This document shows, piece by piece, positions 46,401 through 60,267 of a stretch of DNA of 64,000 nt. A program made the position numbers and the translations under genes. Each line of letters starts with the position of its first letter. Within the stretch, counting starts at the first letter, position 1. The notes under the pieces were generated by a model. That model was not told the origin of the DNA, ran no database searches, and saw only the letters and a program-made list of their open reading frames with translations. The DNA lies in assembly GCF_032191835.1 (NCBI RefSeq), contig NC_083234.1, positions 29,016,001 to 29,080,000 of the forward strand, in the 5' to 3' direction. This stretch comes from Heteronotia binoei (lineage: Eukaryota).

Positions 46401-47433
46401 ACATTTGCAACATCAATGAATACACAGTGGAGAATTGCCTCCCTTTGGAAGCAGTCCACACCGTCCTAAGAAAGCCTAAGGCCACTATTTTTACAGCTGG
46501 AGCTGTAACATTTGGGCTGTGTGGAAGAAGGCAGGCAGGCAGGAGCCTCAAGCTGGGACGGGAGGGGGGAGGTGCTTGAAACATTTGCAGTCTCAGAGGT
46601 GAGGACAGCAAAACCTGGGGGGAAGGGGACAGATTTTGGAAGGAATGCCAAGTTTAAATAATTACAATTGGGGAAACCTTTGGGATGAAACAGATTTTCC
46701 TCTGAACCTGACTTACAAGGGAGCCAAACTACTGGTAATGGAAATTTAGAAAGTTTTGGAGGGTTAATCTAGCAGCAGGGGGAAGCCTTGAGGGGAAACT
46801 TTTCATTATCAGTGAAATCTGCTGGCAGCAGCAGCTGTGCTAGTGGAACTATGCTTTTTGGACGAGAGGAGTACCCTTGCCCCTGGAGAAAGGGCATGGG
46901 GGCGGGAGGGAGCATTCTAACAGGGTAACAGCAGCCAAATGTCAGCACCAAGAGAAATAAAAATAAGTTCTCCGGATCAAAGAAGATGTGGCAATTGCAA
47001 TTAAAATTTATCTCTTTATTACCAGCCATTTAATGACACTCTTAACAGACTGATGTGTTACTACCTCAAAAATGATTTCAATCTGAGGCAATGAAAGCCT
47101 AAACAGCATGGAAGGTTGAGTTTTTTAAAAGAAATAATGAAGAGGCTGATGTAGAAAAAGGAGACTGCTGGTTTAAGGTGGCTTTCTAAACAGGAAAAGT
47201 AGAGAAGGACCCAGGAAGCGCTGTCATCAAAGAGGTGGGCTTTCTGCACGTGGCATGGGAGAAGACACACTCAGACACTGCAGCATTGCATGGCTGTTGG
47301 AGGGGGGGGGATGAGGGCAGGGAAGTGGGATGCAAAAAGATCATGGCAAAATCCAGCTAACTGGCAGGCAGGAGAGAGGAACAAAAGGGAAATACTGGGG
47401 AATGTGGCAAGAGACACTGACTATGACCACTCA

Positions 47434-48467
47434 CAGGGCCAGCCCTGCCACTAGGCAAACTAATAATAATAAACTTTTATTTATATCCCGCCCTTCCCGC
47501 CGGAGCAGGCTCAGGGCGGCTAACATGACATGGTATACCATGATTTATAAAACAATTTTAAAATACAATTAATACATACAGTTAAAACAGTTACATTAAA
47601 TTACAGCTAAAATTAAGTTAAGGTGCTATATTCAGTTGACGTATTTCGATGGCGAGATATCGCTTTCAGGGTTCCTCATATGCTTGCAGAAAGAGAGTGG
47701 TTTTGCAAGCCCTGCGGAATTGATTAAAGTCCCGCAGGGCTCGCACTTCCTCTGGCAATTGGTTCCACCAGTGGGGGGCCATTACAGAAAAGGCCTGCTC
47801 TCTTGTTACTCTTAGTTTGGCCTCTTTTGGTCCAGGGATCCTTAGAAGGCTTTGAGAACTAGATCTTAGTGCTCTCTGGGGAACATGTGGGGAGAGGCGG
47901 TCCCTAAGGTAGGCAGGGCCTCGGACATATAGGGCTTTAAAGGTGATAACCAGCACCTTATAGCGAACTCGGAATATAATTGGAAGCCAGTGCAGTTCCT
48001 TCAGCCCAGGCCGCACATGTTCCCACCGAGGTAGTCCCAGTAGCAGCCTGGCCGCAGCATTCTGCACTAGCTGCAACTTCCGAGTTCGGCACAAGGGCAG
48101 CCCCATGTAGAGGGCATTACAGTAGTCTAGTCTCGAGGTGACCGTTGCATGGATCACTGTTGCTAGGTCGCTACGTTCCAGGAAGGGGGCCAACTGTCTC
48201 GCCCTTCTAAGATGGAAGAAGGCGGATTTCGCAGTGGCAGCTATCTGTGCCTCCATTGTCAGGGAGGGCTCCAGTAGCACTCCCAGGCTTTTGACCTTGT
48301 GCACTGGTATTAGTGAGACACCGTCAAAAGTCGGTAGGGAGATCTCCCCTCCCAGGTGATTGCCTAAGGTGCCGAGCTTCTGGAGGAGTCAAATTGGGTG
48401 CTCCCCATGTGACTTGGTGACGTTATCAGTGTGTGGGGGTGTGTGTGCCTTGCCTAGGCTGGCCCTG
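47434..48467. mobile_element. hAT-like MITE (family B) split by an L2 insertion
   Basis: Termini CAGGGCCAGCC and GGCTGGCCCTG. TSD ACCACTCA / ACCATTCA. The halves GGCAAACTA and GGTGATTGCC rejoin cleanly. Confidence 0.8.
47463..48354 (-). mobile_element. 5'-truncated L2-clade LINE, ORF2 C-terminus still open (47666-48304)
   Basis: SLGVLLEPSL, SRLDYCNALY, LQLVQNAAARLL, LHWLP and FRRACKTTLF. (TTA)n-like tail on the element strand. Confidence 0.9.
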
Positions 48468-50350
48468 ACCATTCAACGAATGCACTGTTGTTAATTATCC
48501 ATCATGAAACACAGCAACATGCATAAGAATTCCAGGTCTCCCTCTGGATCCTGAAAAGACCCAGACTTGCTTAGCTTTGGCAAGAAGGCTGGTTGTGTGC
48601 TCACCACCACCCTTCAGGACTGGATCTAGGAGATGCAATAAAATGCCTGCTGAATATATACCAATTTTCAATGGACACGTGTCTTTGGCCAGATAGAGCT
48701 AAATTACACGGTATGGTTTTAAAGAATCACTTCCCGCATAGCTAAATGGTAGTTGTGGGAATCTTTCTTCCCCAAGCACTACAGAACCTGCATTCCATCG
48801 GGTCTGTGGTGCTGGGAGAGGTAGTCCTATGACTTCATATCCACACCATTTTCTCCAGCCAAAATGGCCCCGGGAAAGTGAACTGAGTCAAGGGAACCAC
48901 AACTTGACTTGTTTTAAAATTATTTGGCCCCTTAATACATATAAGAAATGGACTGCTAGCAATGAGTAATGTTTCTCACAACCAACAACTTTTTAAACTT
49001 TGGGGAGGCAGGGAAGAAGCAGTGCTAATTGACACAGATTTTCCCTGTTAGGAGCATCAGAGGAAAGAGGGTTTTTAAAAAAAACAGCTGGAGGAAAAGC
49101 TGAAACAAAACCAAGTCTAACATGGAGAGAGAAATGTGGAAAAACATGGAGAGATCCTCTGGACTAGAAGGCTATCAAGAGTCCCAGTTACATTCCCCTA
49201 GAATAGGTTGGCTTTGCTTTAGAAGCATATGAGACAAGGAGGTAAACATTTTTATGCCATTAAAGGTTTCTGAATTTGAATTTGGAGGTAAACATTTTAA
49301 AGTGCCACATGACTTCAAAGTTAAATGATCTCTCCAGTAAATGTCTACCCTATCCTCTCTTCAAAGTATTTAGGGCAGCATACACTATTCTCCCTTTGAG
49401 GTAGGCTGGGCCTAGTGTGTGTGACTGGCCCAAAGTCATGCTGAAAGCTTCATAAGAGAGCAGGAATTTGAACCCGGGTCTCCCAGAACCCAGTCCAATG
49501 CAAACCACACTGGCTGTTTATTCAAACTTGTACATGGCTAACTCTTCAGCTATAAACACAGAGGACTCCAACTTGACATGGAATGTATAGAAAAAGGAAT
49601 GAGGAAACAATGTGAATTCAAATCTAAGCTTGCGGAGGCTACAGCTGGATCTGGAGTTCACAAATGTGAGAGTGCTAAAAGAGGAATGAGTTGCATATAT
49701 AGTCTGGCAGATATTTAACAAGTGGTTTCTCAACTCAAGTTTCTCTATAAAATGTGATAAACTTCCAAATCCCCGGCTGGATTGCACATACACGAGTGAA
49801 CGCGAGGCCAGGCGCCTCCTGTTTGTCTTTCAAAAGACCAAAATATTTCCCTTATGAACAATCCAACATGGAAGGAGAATCACATTTCAAACAAACCTCA
49901 GTGTAAAAGCATTTCCCCTCAAAGACTCTTACAAGGCGCCTTAATGCAGTGACTTTAGTGAGTAGCTTAAAAATTCCTTTCAATGCTCTTCTTTTCAGCT
50001 CAAACGCTTATTTTTTAACATCTTTTTTGCTCCCTTGCCTCTCTGGAGAGGCAAATAACTTTCACTCAGCCTTTTAAAAATACTTCGAAATTGGCCTATC
50101 CGTGCCTTTCTCCATCCCCCCGCCCCAACACAAGGCAACTTGTTTGGAATTAGCTGCAAATGTTGTTTTTTTCCAGTACTGAAGAGGTTATAATTTAAGT
50201 CCCAAATGCTACCTGAAGATTTCACTGCAGGGAAAAGAAATCCAACAGGATGAAAAGGAAGCAAAGTATAGACCAGAATGAGAAGGGGGGGGGGGATAGA
50301 ATGAACATTAGGGCATCAGGAAGGTGACTAGTTTGAATGTGCCTGGAGTT

Positions 50351-51037
50351 GTTTTCTGTTGCTCCAGATCCGACCAGAACCAATGGGTTGAAAGATTTTT
50401 CAGTTAAACATTTGAAAGAATATCCTGACAGAGCAGTTCCTCAATGAAACAGGCTTCCTCAGGAGGTTGTGGGCTTTGCTTTGGAGGTTTTTAAACAGAG
50501 GCTAAAGGGCCATCTGACAGCAATACTGATTCTGTGAACTTAAGTCATGGGACAGAGGGCAGGAAGGGTTGCATTTGCGGAGGGACCGTGGCTCAGTGGT
50601 AGAGCATCTGCTTGGAAAGCAGGTCCCAGGTTCAATCCCCAGCATCTCCAACTAAAAAGGGTCCAGGCAAATAGGCATGAAAAACCTCAGCTTGAGACCC
50701 TGGAGATCCGCTGCCAGTCTGAGTAGACAATACTGACTTTAATGGACCATGGGTCTGATTCAGTAGAAGGCAGCTTCATATGTTGTGCATGAGTGCTTAG
50801 TTCTCATGGCCCTTTCTTACATACCCAGGGAAATGTTAATGGCTACTTTGGGGTCAGTCAGCAATTCTTCTCCAGGCCAGTTTGGCTAGGGATCCTGGAG
50901 GTTTTTTGCCATCTTCTGGGCATGGAGCAGGAGTCACTGGAGGTGGGGGGGGGGATTTGTGAATTTCCTGCACTGTGCAGGCGGTTGGACTAGATGACCC
51001 TGGAAGTCCCTTCCAACTCGATGATTCTATGATTCTA
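50351..51037 (+). mobile_element. CR1 3' end containing a nested SINE
   Basis: Matches the 3' part of the 11426-12973 CR1. Tail GATGATTCTATGATTCTA. An inverted CR1 tail also lies at about 51655-51755. Confidence 0.8.
50579..50784 (+). mobile_element. tRNA-derived SINE, Squam3-like
   Basis: Box A and box B present. Near-identical to 11018-11225. Confidence 0.85.
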
Positions 51038-52269
51038 AACTTACCAAACCAACCACACTGCACTTTGTACAGAATTACTTTCCCTGCTGTGTATCATTAT
51101 GTCACACATTATACTGCTGCATCATGAGAAGCATCTACACTCTGGCCCTACTTTCTACAAAATATTACTGGAATGTATTATATGATCTTTAATTTATCTC
51201 CATTAAACATAATGGTACTTATAACTCTTAAAAGGTTACTGTAATATTAATCAATCCTCAGCTGTTTCCTTGCATAAGTAAAGTTATGTTCTTGCTAGGG
51301 AGATGCAAATCTTGACAAGGGCCGATTCATGCAATTCTTGGGGTTACAGAGTCTATACAAGATGCAGGGCCGGATCTACATATTTTTGAGGGGGGGGGAC
51401 AAAACCAAAAAATAGAACCCCCCACTCAAAAAATGAAGGGACCCATGGGCAATCTGACACACACATTCCATTTAAACACCCATCGGGTGTTTGTATGGGG
51501 AGGAGAAGCCTCAGCAGGGCTGGCCCTAGAGCATTTTGAGCCCTAGCCAAAACTAACTTTGTGCACCCCTCTGCAGTGCCACACCAGAGAAGGGGTTTAA
51601 AGTTTAAATTCCCTTCTCTAGAGCTGTGCAGCAGTGGCGAAAGGATAGGAACCTAGAATCATAGAATTGGAAGGGACCTCCAGGGTCATCTAGTCCAACT
51701 CCCTGCACAATGCAGGAAACCCACAAATATCTCCTCCTAAATTCACAGGATCTTTACCTGAACAGTAAGAGAAAAACCCAGGTTGGTTTTCCCTTCTCAA
51801 TATGGCATGCATTTCTTTCCAGGGATCTGATGGCTGTTTGCATTTCTTTAAGTGCATAAACTGTTTGGGATCTGCACCAAAGAAGGTCACAGTCCAAAGC
51901 ATACAGACTTGATACTAAATGCTGAGCTATGTGGAACTTACTTCTGAGTAAAGGTTCAGGACTCTCAGCTGCAATTTTAGGTCCCCTCTCCTCTAGTCTC
52001 ATTAAATTCAATGGGACTTTCTTACAAGCCAGTATAAAATTTAGAGAGCTTCTCACCTTCAAAAAGGAGAACTGGTAATAATATTCATAGTTTTGTTCCT
52101 GTATAGGGTGCTGTACAGACTAACATAAGGCAAGTCTCTGCCCCAACCGAGGAAGTTACAGCTTGCATTTTGGCAAAGAGGGAGAAAGGAGAAAGAGCTA
52201 AGGATTGCAAGGGACAAGTAAGCAAAAATGCAAAGTGTTTGCAACTGGATACTCTAAAAACTGTGTCTG

Positions 52270-54190
52270 GGTAAAAGTCGGATCTACACGGATCTTCATG
52301 AATTCATATGATTTTTACATTGACATGAAATCAAACCACTATTATTCTGTAGATCCTGTCTTAGACACAAAAATCATGTTTCCATGGATTTGTGGTGCCT
52401 CGCCAGTGCAAAAACAGGGTTCCAAAGCACGGATCCTCATGAATTCATATGATTTTTATGGTGAAATGAAATGAAACCACCATCATGCTGTAGATCCTGT
52501 CTTAGACCATAGGCAGCACCAGAAAAATCATGCCTCCACGAATCTGTGGTGCCACAACAGTGGAAAAACATGTTTCCAAACCACGGATCCTCATGGATCC
52601 TCATAATTTTTGCTCTGGATTCTCCCAAGCTCACCATCAGTTCTTATGTCCATGGGCAGAGTTTGCACCACAGAAATCATGGTGAGCACCCTAGAGCAAA
52701 AACCTGGTTTTGAACACAGATCCTCATGGATCCCCATGCTTTTTGCTTTGGATCCCCCGAAGCTCACCATCAATTCTTATATAATAAAATAATAATAATA
52801 AAATTTTATTTATATCCTGCCCTCCCCGCCGGAGCAGGCTCAGGGCAGCTAACAACATATATAGGCATACAATACAGTACAATAGGTATACAGACATTAA
52901 AATTAACATTATTTAAAAACAATTCAGTTCGGTTCATATAAAAACAATTCAATAAACAAATCATGTTGGCGGGTCCCGTTATTTAACCATCATAAGTCAG
53001 CAGTCCTTAAAAGCCAGCTTGAAAAGGGTGGTCTTGCAGGCCCTGCGGAACTGGTCAAGGTTCCGCAGGGCCCGCACCTCCTCTGGGAGTTGATTCCGTA
53101 AGTATGGGGCCGCGATGGAAAAGGCCCGTGCACAAGTGTTCTGAAGTTTAGCCTCTTTTGGCCCTGGGATGGTCAGCTTGTTTTTCCCTGCTGACCTCAG
53201 TGCTCTCTGGGGCTCATATGGGGAAAGACGGTCCCTCAGGTAGGCCGGTCCTCGGCCATATAGGGCTTTAAAGGTAATGACCAGCACGTCCACGGGCACT
53301 GTTTGCACCACAGAAATCGTGGATCCACGGTTTCTGGGGTGCAAACTCTGCCCATGGACATGATATGTGATTGAATAGTGAGCTTGGGGGGATCCAAAAC
53401 AAAAATCATAAGGATCCATGGTTCAAAACCAAGTTTTTGGTACATGGTGCTGCCACAAAGCCATGGATGTATCATTTCTGTGGTGCAACCTCTGCTCATG
53501 GACACGGTATGTGATTGGATGGTTAACGTAGGGTGGGCCAAAGCAAGAATCATGAGGATCCTTGAGGATTCGTGGCTCAAAACCAAGTTTTTGGTCCATG
53601 GTGCTGCCAAGAAGCCGTGGATTCTTGGTTTCTGTGGTGCAAACTCTGCCCATGGAGATATGTGATTGAATAGTGAGCTTGAGGGGATCCAAAGCAAAGA
53701 TCATGAGGATCCATGAGGATTCGTGGTTCAAAACCAAGTTTTTGGTCCATGGTGCTGCCACGAAGCCATGGATCTACAATTTCTGGGGTGCGAACTCTGA
53801 TATAAGAATTGATGCTGAGCTTGGGGGGATCCAAAGCAAAAATTATGAGGATCCATGATGATCCATGCTTTGGAAACATGTTTTTCCACTGTTGTGGTGC
53901 CACAGATTCATGGTGGCATGATTTTTCTGGTGCTGCCTATAGTCTAAGACAGGATCTACAGCATGATGGTTGTTTGATTTCATCTCACCATAAAAATCAT
54001 ATGAATTCATGAGGATCCATGTGTTGGAACCCTGTTTTTGCACTGGTGAGGCACCATGAATCCATGGAAGCATGATTTTTGTGGTCCTGCCTATAGTCTA
54101 AGACAGGAACTACAAAATAATAGTGGTTTGATTTCATTTCAATGTAAAAATCATGAATTCATGAAGATCCATGTAGATCCAACTTTTACC
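52270..54190. mobile_element. Foldback-like palindromic element built from tandem subunits of about 130-160 bp
   Basis: Termini GGTAAAAGTCGGATCTACA and TGTAGATCCAACTTTTACC. Axis of symmetry at GGATCC (53321-53326). The arms are reverse complements with unequal subunit number. Confidence 0.85.
52781..53287 (-). mobile_element. 5'-truncated L2 inserted in the left arm of the foldback element
   Basis: VLVITFKALYGRGPAYLRDRL...FRRACKTTLF. The host subunit TTCTTAT|GTCCA rejoins when it is removed. Confidence 0.88.
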
Positions 54191-55574
54191 TTTCCCCCTA
54201 AAAACGTACTCCAAAGCAAGTCAATCATTGACTTCTTTGAGACTCTCCTACCAGCAGGTCCATGATCTTCCCTTTGGGCTTGTTCGCTCTAAGTCTGGAA
54301 AGGGTGGAGGGACAGGGGCTGGGGTCTCGGAGAGAGCGAGTGGGTCTTGTTTACGGAAGAGTCCCAGAGGTGGAACAGAGAAAGTGACTCTTCTTTTTAT
54401 TCTCTGTTTCGGTAGCAGCAAATGGTCAGCCTGGATTTTTTTTCACCTGCTTTACTTTGACGAGCTACAGGAATAAACTGCAATTGTCAAATTGTTTGCA
54501 AAGGGCTTTTTCACGCAGAGCAGTGGCTGGGTTTTTATTTGGGGGGGGAGATGAAATAACTTCTGAAGAGAGGGAGGAGATAGCCCACGAGATTCTTCCC
54601 TCCGTCCCTACCACCCCAACACACACAATCGCTGTTGGGGAGGTGTGTACGACCAGGCGCCAATGGTAAGGGCCTGGGGTGGCAAGGAGGGGGGAGAGAA
54701 GAAAAGCAGCCGGGAGGGAGCGATTATTGCATTCCTGTATCGCTGCAGGTGAGGCAAGGGAAGGGATTCCTGCAGGCCGGGTGGCGGTGCAAAAAACCCA
54801 GATCTTTCTCCCCCCTTCCTGGGGGGGGAGGCATCCAATTTGGTGCCCCCCTGACAGTGCCAGGGGCAAAATACCCCCTCTGCCCCCCCCGCCAAGATCC
54901 AGCCCTGACAAGATGACGAACTGGGGCAAATCTTGAACACACACATGTTGGCCCTCTCTGCATGATCCACCCATATCATTCTTGTGCCAGACAGACTGCA
55001 TGTTCTACATGTATGAACCCACTGCAAACTTTCCTGTCCAGATGCCATGCTAACTTGATTTTATTGTGTTCTTTCCAGAAAGATAACAGTAAAGCTACAG
55101 CCTATCACTTTGTTCTGTGGTATCACAAAACACAGGTGAAACACAGTGACAAAGATGAAAGGGAACATACTTACTACAATATTTCCCACTAATTTTCACC
55201 AAAAATGTTCAGGGGTAATATAAGCAAGGTTCCCTGCAATCTGCTAGTTCCATCTCACTCTTGGGATTTCCCCCCTCTCCCAAAAGCTGTGATCAGTTCA
55301 CATCTAGGCTCTCTGAAGAAGCTCTTGTGACCTATTAAAATGCTTTATGATTTTCTTGTTTTAAAAATGCTGTAGGTAAAGGTGTACTTTGTTTATTTTT
55401 ATTTTTGTGGGCTTCTGGGAGCCCTCCTTTTCTGGGAGGAATGCAGAATATACATGTTTTAGGTAAAATAAACAGAACTGCATTATCTGTTTGTATAAAA
55501 TCTACAGGAGAAAGGGGGAGTCCTTCCCCAGTTTACCCCAGAAACAAAAACAGGAAACAGTTGCCCAACAGAAA

Positions 55575-56240
55575 AATTCAATCAATCAATAATTTATTAC
55601 AATCATGGACCAGCTGAATAAAAGATAAGCATGGGATATAAGAATAATATATACAATCTTCTATTAAGAGATATAAAAGAAACAAATACGTGTCACTAAA
55701 TCAACACTAAGCCCCGAAGGAGACGCTGACAGATGCAGAGAATCTGGCAACTCTGGCATTTTATATTCAAGGAAGGCAAGAAGAAAGGAGGTATACCATT
55801 TCTCCAATCTTCCTGGGATTTTTCGGAGAATGGGTGTGATGAGTACATATCTAAGATCATTATACTAGGGCAATGCAGCAACGTATGGCCAGACATTTCA
55901 GTTTCCCCAGAACTGCAAGAGCATGAATGTTCATGAAGAGACACACTGCAGAATCTCCCTTCTAATAAAGCAGATGGAATAATATTGAGACAAGCCAGAG
56001 TAAAGGCTATCCTGTGTTTGGGAATTAATAAATTAGCTAAATAGTTAGTCAACGCCAATTTCTCGTCCCCAAAGTTATTGCGTTTTGCAACAGAACTTAA
56101 ATGGTGTTGAAGTTCAGTGTCCCAAATCTTTTGATTGATTTCAGATTTAGCTTTGGAATAACCCAAGGCTATTAAACTGCTAGGAGAATATCCAATAGAC
56201 TGTAATTTCTCTAAAAGGGACTTCTTGCATTATGACTGAA
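55575..56240 (-). mobile_element. Decayed non-LTR retrotransposon 3' fragment (clade uncertain)
   Basis: Peptide YLANLLIPKHRIAFTLA...CSCSSGETEMSGHTLLHCP resembles a LINE C-terminal zinc knuckle. Tail GTAATAAA followed by (TTGA)n on the minus strand. Confidence 0.55.
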
Positions 56241-56731
56241 AAGTGTCCAAAAGACAGATGTTGGCTCTCTTCTCCCTGAGCCATCAGGGAGGGGCTAGTC
56301 ATTCCAATTAAGAATCTGCCCATGGGCCTCTTGGCCTGGGAAATGTAATACTGAGGGCCAATCTCATGCTACTAATGAATATAAAGACACACACACCTGT
56401 ACATTTCACACACTCTGGGCAACTCACTGCTGGGGAGGCCACTTGATTCTCCCTCTGCACTGCTACATTTCTGGCTTCCTGCTTGCTTTGCAACCCACTG
56501 CCTTACAGACAGACAGCTAAACAGACAGCCTGCCTTCAGCCCACCTGTCTCCAAAGTACAGGTGAGTTACCTTGGCATCACTGGCAAATGATTCTCAACC
56601 TCTAGTAGCCTTTGGTGGCAACCTCCAACTCCTTTCCTTTTAACTATAACTTTATTGCTGCAGCACACACTTGCTTTCTCTTGAGAACTGACTTCCAATT
56701 ATGTATTTCACAGGGAGTATATCAGTACCTA

Positions 56732-57061
<330 letters not shown>

Positions 57062-59324
57062 TTAAGTAAATAAAGAGAGGAGATTTCCTTGGTTCTATTT
57101 CACTGTTTTGCTCATGAATAATCCAGACTTTACCTTCCTTCCAATTTAACATTGAGAATTTCTAATAACGCTGGAACTAGCAGAGTTTTCATTTCCTTCC
57201 ATATATTCTTTTTTCTGTTCTACTTTGCTGATGTATATGCCCATCATTGAGGAAGCACAGTACATGTGATCACATGCACAACTAACAGCTAAGCTCACAG
57301 ACATATCCAGATTCCCTTTTTTGAGTTGTGCTTTATCGACAAGCACAAGAGCTTGCAAAAGAAGGTAAGAACTAACAGAAGGACGTTTTAAGCTGCGGCA
57401 AACTGCACATGTGCAGCAGACTGTCTCAAGTACAGAAATCAAAGCAGAAGTATCATTGATTCTCAGGGCACTGGTTTTGCTCTGCAAACCAAGACCAAAC
57501 AATTTGGAAATCCTAAATCCTTGGAGATCCTCATTGACTTCAAAGAGATGGTTCTGTAAGGAAGGCAGTGTTTCAGGGCTGCAACTTTAGGATACGATTT
57601 ACAGAAGTTAATGCAATTCCACCAGTGAAAAATCATGTATCCTTGCAGTGATGTTCTAATTGCTATGGCAGGAAGGGGGCTTCAAGGGAAGTGGCAATTT
57701 TTTAAAATACTACATTCTGCAATCTGCACTCCTTGGATGCCAGTTCCCCCCCCCCAAAAAAAATATTGCTTAATAATGGCAAAAATATGCACTGTACTGA
57801 GAAGGCACTTAAACGTTCTTCTCAGATTAAATGTAAGATATCCAACTGCCAATTTTCATTTGATAGAGTTTATAATTCAGTCTTCACCAAACAGAAAAAT
57901 ACATTAAATAAAGGGGGGGGGGGGCTTCTGACTATATTATCTATTGCAAAAATAAAACCATAAAGACAATTTGACTTTTTAAAAAACTTCAGAAAAAATG
58001 TCCACATCTTTGTGGGACTGGATCAATAGCTCATGGAAGGCCACTTTTGGGTCCAACTTGGATTACTAAAATGGGCTGTACAGAGAGTTGCCTTTGAAGT
58101 GTTCTGCAACTGCAGCGGGACCACTGTGTGAATGCCAAGATGCCAGTGGAGACTGACTGCCTGGAGTGTATTTTACATCAATTACATTAACTTCAGGTTA
58201 ATTTAAGGGCCTATTCAAAGCAGTTTTTTTATATTTAAAGCTCTCAGCAAATTGGGACCAGCAATATGCCAGTAGACTTAGTGATGGTCACAAGCACAGC
58301 AAGTTTTAAAAGGGAGTTTGATTCATGGGGTAGAGGCCCATCAAGGGCAACTAGCGACAGTGACTAAAGAAAACCTCCACTTACAGAAGCAGCAAAAGCC
58401 TCTGAAACCCGATGCTACCAGCAGCATCTGGTAAAGACCTTGGTCTTTGTCCTGTTTGTTGTCTCTTCAGAGACACTGGTTGGCTGCTATGTGAAACAGG
58501 AGGCAGCACTAGATGGACCACAGGTCTGATCCAGCAAACTCTACTTCTACTCTTCAGTTCTTATATCTTCTTTATGAATGTCCCCTGGCACTTGCATCAT
58601 CATTGAAAGCTCCTGGCAGTCCAAAATGCTCTAGACAAAAAAGGGCATTTTCTGTTGCAGTGTTTCTGTTTATAGAATGCTGCACTAAGGGATGTTTGTG
58701 CTGATCCCCCACCATCATAATTCCTTTGCAAAGTTTAAATAGTGCTTTTGGGGAAGGTACTCAGGGCTTGAACATCCTGCTGTTGTAAAATATCATATTT
58801 GTTGTGGTTTGTTCCTTTACGATTCATGCTTGTTTATGGAAGCAAGTAGGTGCTTGCTGCCTCTTGCTTTTATGTTTGTTTATTGTACTGGCTTTCTTTT
58901 TAAGTTTGAAATTATTATCTGTGTAAGTTCACATTCCATATTTTTCACTGCTAGATTTAAAAAAAAAACATCCTTATTCCGTGTTCCCCAGCCTTTCGGT
59001 GTAACTGCCCTACAACAAAGTATGCAATACCCAGAACACACTGGAAGTATGCCAGAGCCTCTGCGCTCTTTTGAATATCCAACCAGAATAAAACATGGGA
59101 GTCTCCTGTGACAAGGCATTAAAAACTGCCACTGAGCTCCTTGGAAGAAAGGGTGGGCAGAAATGACACAAACAAATATACAGTAATAAATTAACTTCAA
59201 AATGCAGTCTGCCTGCCTGCCTTGTGAGGCAGAATTACTGAAATTATCTGCCAGAGATGCCCATGATTTAGGCAGCTTTGCAGCTTCTCCTCCAATTAGT
59301 TTCCCAACAGGAGAGCTCACTTTA

Positions 59325-59456
<132 letters not shown>

Positions 59457-60213
59457 TCAATAAACTTGAGAACAGGATCACTTCACTCATCTGTATGTGG
59501 CACTTTGGTGTCTGTAGAGCTAAGGCCCATGCCACACTAAGTGAATCTTTGTGATAAGAGGGTTGGAACATCTCATTCAACGTGCTATTCTGAGGCTTTT
59601 ATTTATTTCAAACACTTTTTAGCCACCATTCTACCTTACAGGAACTCGAGGTGGCTTATGTAAATGATAATAGAATACAAAAAACACACACAACCACTAG
59701 TTAAAACCAACAATTTAAAACTGCCAGTAGGCAATGAACTAATCAAATGCCACTGAAAAGGCCCTCTCTTATATAGGTTCTTTCAGTGACAGGACAGTCA
59801 AGAGGACCTCTTTCTGTGATCTTAATTCTCAGGAAGGAATGTATGGGATGCTCTAGGGAGGCCCACAGGGAGAGCACTATGCCAGCACCCTTTCCCTGGT
59901 CTTGCCCCTCCCCCACTGGGATTCAATGGTAGTGAATACAGCGGTTCCATTTAACCATCATGGATAACAGCTGTTCATACACTGGTGCTCCATAAATTTG
60001 TCCAGTCCTCTTTTAAAGCTGTGTGAGCCACTGGTGATTGCCCTGACTGTGATAATCAATTCATTATGCATTGAGTGAAAGCATGCTTTCTTTTGTCAGT
60101 CTTTTTTCTTTCTGTCTTGGGGAAAAAAGAACCCTAGATATGGATAAGAAACAGATGATGGTTGAGAATCTACTGGCTTGTGCAGGTTGCCCATAGATCA
60201 AATTGCACCCCTC

Positions 60214-60237
60214 CACACACACACACACACACACACA
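60214..60237. repeat. (CA)n microsatellite
   Basis: 12 CA units. Confidence 0.9.
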
Positions 60238-60267
60238 ACTCTTTGTATCTTGGTTTCTAATCAGCCC

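Noticed and set aside
52205-54265. CRISPR-like or protein-repeat interpretation of the tandem modules and their many ORFs
   Set aside because: Units are long (130-160 bp), lack unique spacers and sit in a palindrome in vertebrate DNA. The ORFs are repeat translations.
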